Source: Terracidiphilus sp. (lineage in GTDB: Bacteria; Acidobacteriota; Terriglobia; Terriglobales; Acidobacteriaceae). From it: a stretch of DNA of 64,000 nucleotides. The stretch spans positions 5,608 through 69,607 of the forward strand of contig DATAVC010000020.1 in the NCBI GenBank assembly GCA_036267935.1, read 5' to 3'. The notes below the pieces were generated by a model. That model was not told the origin of the DNA and made no database searches. It was given only the letters and a program-made list of their open reading frames with translations. Made by a program: the position numbers and the translations under genes. Of this stretch, positions 37,044 through 44,239 are shown piece by piece (position 1 is the stretch's first letter; every line of letters starts with the position of its first letter).

Positions 37044-38174
37044 CTAAGCCGCTCCACCGCCAAGCACAGGTTCAATCATGATCTTCATCGAATCGGCCTT
37101 GGGGTGCGAGGCTATGTCGATTGCTTCAACCGCCTCATCGATCGGGAAACGATGCGAGATCAGCTGCGTGAGATCAAATCCGCTGCGATAGCCGTTGAAG
37201 ACGAGGTCGGTTACCTCGTCGAGAATGTCGAAGGATGACGAATAGGACCCGAGCAGCGTTTTCTCGTCGACGCAGACATCGGCGGGGTCAAAGGACGATT
37301 CCGCATGTTGCGTCTGTGCGAACAGCATCACTTTACCACCGGGACGGGCAGCATCGATTGCCGTGCGAATCAATGCAGTACCCCCCACGGCGAGAACGAC
37401 GGCATCGGCGCCGCGGCCTTCGGTTTCGGCTAAAACTCTTTCGACCACGTTTTCAGTGCCTGCATGAATTGGATGTTTCAAACCGTATTTGGCTGCAATT
37501 GAGTGCCGCTCGGGATAGAGGTCTGAAGTGAGGACTTTTCCGGCGATCTTTCCAGCCAGCACGGCGTGCATCAGGCCGATGGGTCCCTGGCCGATGACGA
37601 GGACGGTGTCGTCGGACTGCAGGTTCAAGAGCTTTACGCCTTTGAGGACTGTGTTCACGGGCTCGACGAAGGAAGCTTGCTCGAAGGGAACGCCGTCGGG
37701 AATGGGGACCACTCCCCCGTTCGAAACCACGAAGTCCATCACCCGGATGTATTCGGCAAAGCCGCCGCCCGAAGGCTCAAAGCCCGCGGTGACACCGGTC
37801 TTCTTATAGAGAGGACATTGGGCGGGGGTTCCTTTGCGGCAGTAGTAGCACTGGTTGCAAGGCACATGATGGTGCACGACAACCCGTTGGCCAACCTGGT
37901 AGCCGGAGACTCCTTCGCCGGCGGCGACAATGGTTCCCGCCATTTCGTGACCGAAGATGCGAGGAGCGGAATGCGATCCGCTGTGGATCTTTTTGAGGTC
38001 GGTTCCGCAGACGCCGCAGGTGGCGATTTTGACCAGCAATTCGCCGACGTCGAGGCGCGGGACAGGCACGGTCTCGATGCGCATGTCGTTGATACCGCGG
38101 TAGACCACTGCGCGCATGGTGGAAGGAAGTCCGGTTTCGACCAAGCGGTGAGCACTAGAGATTTGGGTAGCCAT
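37044..38174 (-). CDS. Zn-dependent MDR alcohol/polyol dehydrogenase (sorbitol/threonine-dehydrogenase-like)
   Basis: 'CGVCGTDLKK', 'GHEMAGTIVAAGEGV', structural-Zn 'CNQCYYCRKGTPAQC' and 'VIGQGPIGL'. Confidence 0.85.
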   Translation of the reverse strand: MATQISSAHRLVETGLPSTMRAVVYRGINDMRIETVPVPRLDVGELLVKIATCGVCGTDLKKIHSGSHSAPRIFGHEMAGTIVAAGEGVSGYQVGQRVVVHHHVPCNQCYYCRKGTPAQCPLYKKTGVTAGFEPSGGGFAEYIRVMDFVVSNGGVVPIPDGVPFEQASFVEPVNTVLKGVKLLNLQSDDTVLVIGQGPIGLMHAVLAGKIAGKVLTSDLYPERHSIAAKYGLKHPIHAGTENVVERVLAETEGRGADAVVLAVGGTALIRTAIDAARPGGKVMLFAQTQHAESSFDPADVCVDEKTLLGSYSSSFDILDEVTDLVFNGYRSGFDLTQLISHRFPIDEAVEAIDIASHPKADSMKIMIEPVLGGGAA

Positions 38175-38196
38175 TGGTGATTTGCCGTGACCTCAC

Positions 38197-38871
38197 TTAT
38201 TGCAGAAACGCCTGCAGCGATTCCGCGATGGTTTGGGAAGCCTTTCTACTATTTTCGCCCATCCTGATGAGGGAGGGCCAGTACGAAGGTCGCAGGAGCG
38301 AAGAAAGCACGAATCTGCCGGTTTGGAAGCGGCCATCCGGGGCGATGAAGCGATTGAAATCGGGCAGTTTGGCGTCGAGGGCGTCGCTGACCCCCTTGAT
38401 GGCATAGAAGGGAATGCCCCGCATCTGCGCGAGGCGGGCGATGGCCGCGGCCTCCATGTCGATGAGGGCGACATTGGGGTAGGCGGCGGCAAGGCGGCGT
38501 TTTTCAGTCTCGTCAGCAACCCTCGGGCTTGTGGCCAGCCAAAGCGATCCGGCGTGCGCGTCGCACTGGAAACGCTCTCCGGTCCGGACGTCGATGACGC
38601 CGGCAACATTGTGGGCAGACCCCGGAGGAACTCCTTCCCGCAGAGCTCCTGCCCAGCCCAGGGAAAAAACCAGATCCACGGGAGCGTCGGCTTCGACCGC
38701 AGCGAAGGCGCGCGTGGCAGCGGCTTGACCCGTCCCGGCACAGGCCGCGACATAAAGATTCTCGTCGCGATGGGACCACAGATCGACGCCGTCGCGGCGG
38801 GTGTGTTTCCAGCCGACGACAATGGCCTTCAGTTCGGCAGGCATGGCGGCGATGAGGGCGGTGCGGGTCAT
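38197..38871 (-). CDS. hpnG: hopanoid-associated phosphorylase / adenosylhopane nucleosidase (PNP_UDP_1 family)
   Basis: 'IAAMPAELKAI', 'LGWAGAL' and 'IDMEAAAIARLAQMRGIPFYAIKGVSD' are MTAN/PNP-fold motifs. Lies within the hpn operon. Confidence 0.8.
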   Translation of the reverse strand: MTRTALIAAMPAELKAIVVGWKHTRRDGVDLWSHRDENLYVAACAGTGQAAATRAFAAVEADAPVDLVFSLGWAGALREGVPPGSAHNVAGVIDVRTGERFQCDAHAGSLWLATSPRVADETEKRRLAAAYPNVALIDMEAAAIARLAQMRGIPFYAIKGVSDALDAKLPDFNRFIAPDGRFQTGRFVLSSLLRPSYWPSLIRMGENSRKASQTIAESLQAFLQ

Positions 38872-39263
38872 GCGACATGGTCCTGGATGATCTTGAACAG
38901 CCGCGAACGATGGCAGGCGGATTCATCCTCGCAGAAGCAGCCGATGCTGATGGGCGTGCGCTCTGCGATCTTCGCAAGCAGTTCGACGGTCTGGCGGCCC
39001 GTGGCATCGGCCAGTAGTTCGCGCTCGTAGCGGTCGAAGAGTTTTTTGCGCTGGACAGTTTTATCGGCGCCAAGCGTGCGAATTTGCGTGACGAGCTTGG
39101 CCTCGGGCGCGAGAGTGGGCAGCCAGACATCGAAGTAGCCGTCGGGAACCCAGCGGTCTTTTGAAACGCCGCGCGGCGGATGGCGCGTGACGCCAATGCG
39201 GAGGCCCTGCTCGGGCTTGGCGGGTGTGCCGATCTGGAAGGTGGAGAGGTGCAGTTTGCTCAT
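38868..39263 (-). CDS. DUF488-family protein
   Basis: 131 aa from the ATG at 39263. 'IGVTRHPPRGV...DVWLPTLAPEAKL...LFDRYERELL...ISIGCFCEDESACHRSRL' fits the DUF488 pattern. Stop overlaps the hpnG start (ATGA). The 456-aa ORF in the track is an artefactual extension. Confidence 0.7.
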   Translation of the reverse strand: MSKLHLSTFQIGTPAKPEQGLRIGVTRHPPRGVSKDRWVPDGYFDVWLPTLAPEAKLVTQIRTLGADKTVQRKKLFDRYERELLADATGRQTVELLAKIAERTPISIGCFCEDESACHRSRLFKIIQDHVA

Positions 39264-39285
39264 GGCAGTTTCCTCACGGCGGGCT

Positions 39286-40281
39286 TCACGAGGATGGCGC
39301 GTAGCCGTTGGTACGGAACCAGTCGATCGCCGCGCGCATGGCGGGGTAGACGGGCACGATGCGGAAGTCGAGTTCCTGTTGCGCGCGCGCCGAGGACGCG
39401 AACATCTTCTTGCGGCCCATGCGCACTTCTTCAAGCGTAGCGCGGGGTTCTTTGCCGCGGATGCGACCGGTAATGATTTCTTCGAAGAACGCGTAGGTCG
39501 CGGCGACGACGAAGGGGATTTTGGTTGTGGGCGATGGAATGCCGGTGATGGCCGACATCTTGTCGAGGATCTGCTTGAGGGTGAGGTTCTCTCCGCCGAG
39601 GATGTAACGGCGGCCGGGTGTTCCGGTGGTGAGCGCGGCGACATGAGTGCGCGCGACTTCAGCGACGTCGACGAGATTGAGGCCGGTGTCGACGTAGGCC
39701 GGAAATTTGCGATTGAGGAAGTCGACGAAGATGCGGCCGGTGGGCGTGGGCTTGGCGTCGTTGGGGCCGATGGGCGTCGTTGGATTGAGGATGATGACCT
39801 GCTGGCCGTCCTGGGCGGCGGCGATGGCCTGCTGCTCGGCGAGAAATTTCGAGCGCTTGTAGTGGCCAACCATGTCTTTGATCGATACGGGCGTGTCTTC
39901 GTTGATGACGATACCGTCTTTGCGGAAGTGCATGGTGGCGACGCTGGAGGTGTAGACCACGCGGGGGATCTTGGCTTCGCGGGCGAGACGCAACAGATCG
40001 CGTGTGCCGTCGACGTTGGCGCGGTACATCGTGTCGGGGTCGCGGATCCAGAGGCGGTAGTCGGCAGCAACGTGCATGACGGCGTCGCAACCGGAGAGGG
40101 CGGGCGCGAAGGACGCGGGATTGGCGAGGTCGCCGACAACCGTGTCGCCTGCGATCCCTTCAAGATTTTTGAGGTTGCTGGACTTGCGGACGAGGAGGCG
40201 AAGTTCGGCGCCTTGTGCAGCGAGCGCGCGGGCCACATGATGGCCTACAAAACCGGTTGCACCTGTAAGGAAGACTTTCAT
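39286..40281 (-). CDS. hpnA: hopanoid-associated NAD-dependent sugar epimerase/dehydratase-family protein
   Basis: 'MKVFLTGATGFVGHHVARALAAQGAELRLLVRKSSNLKNLEG', 'YKRSK', and operon context. Confidence 0.85.
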   Translation of the reverse strand: MKVFLTGATGFVGHHVARALAAQGAELRLLVRKSSNLKNLEGIAGDTVVGDLANPASFAPALSGCDAVMHVAADYRLWIRDPDTMYRANVDGTRDLLRLAREAKIPRVVYTSSVATMHFRKDGIVINEDTPVSIKDMVGHYKRSKFLAEQQAIAAAQDGQQVIILNPTTPIGPNDAKPTPTGRIFVDFLNRKFPAYVDTGLNLVDVAEVARTHVAALTTGTPGRRYILGGENLTLKQILDKMSAITGIPSPTTKIPFVVAATYAFFEEIITGRIRGKEPRATLEEVRMGRKKMFASSARAQQELDFRIVPVYPAMRAAIDWFRTNGYAPSS

Positions 40282-40285
40282 AAAG

Positions 40286-40320
40286 GCAGTGGACAGTGAA
40301 CAGTGTTCCGTGGACAGGAC
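40286..40320 (-). promoter_or_regulatory. heptad-periodic CAGTG repeat block with embedded palindrome, abutting the hpnA start
   Basis: Plus strand: gCAGTGgaCAGTGaaCAGTGttCCGTGgaCAGGac. GTGGACAG recurs 21 nt apart (40289, 40310) and flanks GAACAgTGTTC (40298-40308). The block ends 5 nt from the ATG at 40281. Confidence 0.4.
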
Positions 40321-40460
40321 GCGATTTCGTTTCCGATCCAGTCTCGCTTTCTGTGTCCATTATCCATTGCCGCCCGCTTGGCGCCGGGGCTAAACGCTTT
40401 CTTCAATTGCAATGCGAGTTTCAAGGGCCTGAAGGCCCCTGCTCCCTCCGCTGAATTTCG

Positions 40461-40889
40461 CTATTCCAGCTTGTCGGGAACGAGGGCGATGTTCTTTTCG
40501 CCGGCGGCCTTGCGCTCGTTGTAGGCCTTCACCCAGTCTTCCCAGTGCTTGCCTGCGGCGCGGTCTTTGCCGCTGAACTCAAGACGCGCGATGTCGGCGT
40601 AGTTGACCTTGCGCTTCTCGGTCGCGCTGGGCGTGAAGTACTGGATATAGGAATCGGCAAGTGTGGTGCCCGTCTGGCGATTGAAGATGTAAGCCTCGAA
40701 CTTTTCGCCGGACTTGAGGGTAAGCGTCACGTCGCCGCGATAGTCAAAGGCTTTTTCAAGGGCCACGCGGAGGTCTTCGTCGTTGGCGAGGGTGGGCACC
40801 CAGCCTTCGAGATTTTCATGCACGGTACCGGGCGCAATCTCCAGCGCCTCCACCTGCTCCCGCGTGTATTTCAGGACCTCGGCGCTCAT
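40461..40889 (-). CDS. hypothetical protein translationally coupled to hpnH (142 aa)
   Basis: ATG at 40889 overlaps the hpnH stop (ATGA). 'MSAEVLKYTREQVEALEIAPGTVHENLEGWVPTL...' is soluble and has no family I recognise. Confidence 0.6.
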   Translation of the reverse strand: MSAEVLKYTREQVEALEIAPGTVHENLEGWVPTLANDEDLRVALEKAFDYRGDVTLTLKSGEKFEAYIFNRQTGTTLADSYIQYFTPSATEKRKVNYADIARLEFSGKDRAAGKHWEDWVKAYNERKAAGEKNIALVPDKLE

Positions 40890-42004
40890 GCGTTGGTCTC
40901 CTCGAAGGTCTCGGCGGAGCTGGCGATCTGGACGAGCGAACCCGGCGCCTGCGATCCCCACTCGTTGAGCTGATTCATCGCGTGTTGGCTCTTGTAGGTG
41001 CTGAAGGTTCCTTTGACCATGCCCCAGAATCCGCTGAGCGAGAGGAAACCGTCGAGGACAGCTGTTGGCTCATAGCCGCAGCTCACCATGCAATTGGCGC
41101 ACTTGGAATTGCCGCTGCCCACGCCGTACTCTTCCCACTTCGTGGTTTCCATCAACTCTTTGAATGTCTCGGCGTAGCCATCCTGGAGGAGGTAGCAGGG
41201 CTTTTGCCAGCCGAAGATATTGAAGGCCGGCGAACCCCAGGGCGTGCAGTCGTAGTTGCGGTCGCCCATCAGGAACTCGAGAAAGAGCGGCGACATATTG
41301 AACTTCCAGGTCTTCTTGCGATTCGACAAGATCGCGCGGAAGAGCTTGCGCACGCGGGCACGGCCCATGAAGTGCGTCTGGTCGGGCGCCTTGTCGTAGC
41401 TGTAGCCCGGCGACAACACGATGCCTTCCACACCGATGGCCATCATCTCGTCAAAATGGGCGCGCACGCTGTTGGGATCGGTGCCATCGAAGAAGGTCGA
41501 GTTCGGCGTGACGCGGAAGCCGCGTTGGACGGCTTCTTTAATGCCTTCGATCGCGATGTCGTATCCGCCTTCGCGGCATACGGCGTAATCGTGGTGTTCC
41601 CGCTGGCCATCGAGATGGACAGAGAACGTCAGATACTTCGAGGGCGTGAATTCGTGCAGGCGCTTCTTCAATTCGAGCGCGTTGGTGCACATGTAGATAT
41701 ATTTCTTGCGCGCAATCAGGCCATTCACGATTTCGACGATCTGGGGATGCAGCAGCGGTTCGCCGCCAGGGATGGCCACCATGGGCACGCCACACTCTTC
41801 AACAGCCGCGAAGCATTCTTCAGGGGTGAGCATGCGCTTGAGCACGTGGGGCGGATATTGCACCTTGCCGCATCCGGCACAGGCCAGGTTGCAGCGGAAG
41901 AGCGGCTCGAGCATGAGCACTGTTGGATAGCGCTTGATGCCCTTGAGTCGTTGCTTCCACACGTAACTGGCAACCGTCCACACCTGGGAAATCGGAATAG
42001 CCAT
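40886..42004 (-). CDS. hpnH: adenosylhopane synthase (radical SAM)
   Basis: 'YPTVLMLEPLFRCNLACAGCGKVQYP' is the characteristic HpnH radical-SAM N-terminus. Adjacent to shc. Confidence 0.92.
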   Translation of the reverse strand: MAIPISQVWTVASYVWKQRLKGIKRYPTVLMLEPLFRCNLACAGCGKVQYPPHVLKRMLTPEECFAAVEECGVPMVAIPGGEPLLHPQIVEIVNGLIARKKYIYMCTNALELKKRLHEFTPSKYLTFSVHLDGQREHHDYAVCREGGYDIAIEGIKEAVQRGFRVTPNSTFFDGTDPNSVRAHFDEMMAIGVEGIVLSPGYSYDKAPDQTHFMGRARVRKLFRAILSNRKKTWKFNMSPLFLEFLMGDRNYDCTPWGSPAFNIFGWQKPCYLLQDGYAETFKELMETTKWEEYGVGSGNSKCANCMVSCGYEPTAVLDGFLSLSGFWGMVKGTFSTYKSQHAMNQLNEWGSQAPGSLVQIASSAETFEETNA

Positions 42005-42030
42005 TGCGAAAAAATCCTCCAGCGCCGAAT

Positions 42031-44037
42031 TTACGACGCGCGTTCCATTGCCCGCTTGTAGGTGGTTAACGCTAACAGCGGGAAGTACTGCCGGTACATT
42101 GTGTAGGCCAGATAGAAAACCTTGGGGAATCCCGTGCCGGTGATGATGCCCTGCCGCGTCGGCCCTTCGCCCATCGATTCTTCCCAGCTGCCGTCTTCGA
42201 CCTGGCGTGTGAGCAGCCAGCGAATGCCCTTGGCAATGGAGTCAGACCGATCGTCGCCCGCCGCCAGCAATCCAAGAATCGCCCATGCCGTTTGCGAGGG
42301 CGTGCTGGGCCCTTCGCCGCGCGTATCGGGATCGTCGTAGCTGCCGCATCGCTCGCCCCAGCCGCCGTCGGGGTTTTGCACCATGCGAATCCACTCCGCG
42401 GCCTGCTGCACCTGGGGTTCGTGTTGATCGAAGCCGATGGCTTCGAGTCCGCGCAGCACGAGGAAGGTGCCGTAGATGTAGTTCACGCCCCAGCGGCCGA
42501 ACCAGCTGCCGTCGGGCTCCTGTTCGCGAAGGATGAAATCGATGGCCTTCTGCACGCGCTTGTCTTCGCGGGTATAGCCGTAGCTGGCCAGCATCTCGAG
42601 CATGCGTCCCGTGATGTCGACGGTCGGCGGATCGAGCATCGCGTTATGGTCGGCAAACGGGATGTACTGGAAGATCATCTTCGTGTTGTCTTTGTCGAAA
42701 CTGCCCCAGCCGCCGTTGCGGCACTGCATCGCCCATTCCCATGCGATGGCGCGCTCTGCGACCTGGTGCTGATAGCGCTCACGCGGATTGTCGACCTTGC
42801 TGAGGGCAAGCAACACCTGCGCCGTGTCGTCGGTATCGGGATAGAACTCGTTGTTGAATTCGAAGTACCAGCCGCCGGGTTCGGTATTGGAAACCTTCTT
42901 GGCCCAGTCGCCCTTGTGGCGCACTTCTTTCGAAAGCATCCAGTCGGCGGCCTTGAGCATGCGCGGATCGGTACGGGGCACGCCGGCTTCGCCCAGCGCG
43001 TAGACGGCCTGCGCGGTATCCCACACCGGCGAAACGCACGGCGTCATGCGGAAGGTCGGCTCAGGCATCTCGGGAGTCGGCGCCTGTTCCACACCGAGCT
43101 TCTCAAACTCGTCGCGCGCACGAATGACCTGGGGATCGTCCTCGGAGTATCCGAGGCAGCGCAGCGCAATGATCGCATTCAGCATGGCGGGATAGATGGC
43201 GCCGAGACCGTCGGTCATTTCGAGGCGCTCGAGCATCCACTTCTCCGCACGCTTGAGGGCCAGCCTGCGCAACGGGCGGATGTGCACTGCTTCAGCCAGG
43301 TGGAACATGCGGTCGACCACGAGGAAGAAGTTGCGCCACGAGAAGAAGTGCTTGCGATCGATGCGCACACGCAGAACCGAATTCTCGCGGCCACCGACGA
43401 AGAGCTCCTCAATTCCCTGCTCCGGCGGGATTTTCTTGAAGGGCTTCTTGGCGTAGATGATGGCGAGCGGCACGAGAATGGAGCGCGACCACGCGGAGAT
43501 CTCGTAGATGTTGAAGTAGAACCAGGTGGGGAAGAGAACGATCTCCGGCGGAATGGCGGGGACGGCATCGTAGTCGTACTGGCCGAGCGCACACAGATAC
43601 ATCTTGGTGAAGGTATTGCACTCGATGACGCCGCCGTGGGCAAGAATCCATGCACGACACTTGGCCATACGCGGATCGTGGGGAGCGACGCCCATGAGCT
43701 TTGCGGAGAAGTAGCACTTGACCGAGAGCGAAAGATTGCCGGGACCGCCGGGATAGATGGCCCAGCTGCCGTCTTCGTTCTGATAGCGCCAGATCTCGGT
43801 CATCGCCCGCTGCAGTCGAGCCGGATTGCCGGACTCGAGCAGGGTGTGCACAAAGATGTAGTCGGCTTCGAGCATGGCGTCGGCTTCAAGTTCGCCGCAC
43901 CAGTAGCCATCGGGATGCTGTAACGAGAGAAGGTATTCGCGCGCGCCGAGGATGGCTTTTTGGACGTGCGCCAAATCCTCATCGATGCGGCCGAACCTTG
44001 GTGCCGCGGGAGTTGTTTTCAGTTGCGACTGACTCAT
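42031..44037 (-). CDS. shc: squalene-hopene cyclase
   Basis: 668 aa. Catalytic 'YPDTDDTAQ' (DxDD), with multiple QW repeats ('QNEDGSWA', 'RNGGWGSF', 'QEPDGSWFGRWG', 'QNPDGGWGE', 'QVEDGSWEE'). Confidence 0.95.
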   Translation of the reverse strand: MSQSQLKTTPAAPRFGRIDEDLAHVQKAILGAREYLLSLQHPDGYWCGELEADAMLEADYIFVHTLLESGNPARLQRAMTEIWRYQNEDGSWAIYPGGPGNLSLSVKCYFSAKLMGVAPHDPRMAKCRAWILAHGGVIECNTFTKMYLCALGQYDYDAVPAIPPEIVLFPTWFYFNIYEISAWSRSILVPLAIIYAKKPFKKIPPEQGIEELFVGGRENSVLRVRIDRKHFFSWRNFFLVVDRMFHLAEAVHIRPLRRLALKRAEKWMLERLEMTDGLGAIYPAMLNAIIALRCLGYSEDDPQVIRARDEFEKLGVEQAPTPEMPEPTFRMTPCVSPVWDTAQAVYALGEAGVPRTDPRMLKAADWMLSKEVRHKGDWAKKVSNTEPGGWYFEFNNEFYPDTDDTAQVLLALSKVDNPRERYQHQVAERAIAWEWAMQCRNGGWGSFDKDNTKMIFQYIPFADHNAMLDPPTVDITGRMLEMLASYGYTREDKRVQKAIDFILREQEPDGSWFGRWGVNYIYGTFLVLRGLEAIGFDQHEPQVQQAAEWIRMVQNPDGGWGERCGSYDDPDTRGEGPSTPSQTAWAILGLLAAGDDRSDSIAKGIRWLLTRQVEDGSWEESMGEGPTRQGIITGTGFPKVFYLAYTMYRQYFPLLALTTYKRAMERAS

Positions 44038-44239
44038 GCGAATTCAAATGCCTCGGTTGCAACGACGCCACGTGCGGATGCTGCAGTGGACAGTGCGTAC
44101 CGGCTTCTCGAACCCCTGTCGGACGAAGCCAAATAGACTTTTTTCGCCGATCCGGCGATGCAAACCAATCGATTGCGCTGCGCAACAAGAATCCCGATCG
44201 GAACAGCCTTCGTGATTCAATTGCCTGCGCCTGACGGAA

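Noticed and set aside
38868-40238. Over-extended ORFs in the track that fuse a real gene with upstream out-of-context sequence: 38868-40238, 44240-45700, 21816-23543, 24872-25870, 46935-48896, 10423-11070, 12446-13006 and 31475-32044.
   Set aside because: The N-terminal parts are low-complexity and overlap the neighbouring gene. Internal start codons give family-typical N-termini and sensible junctions (ATGA overlaps or short gaps). I therefore trimmed these ORFs to those starts.
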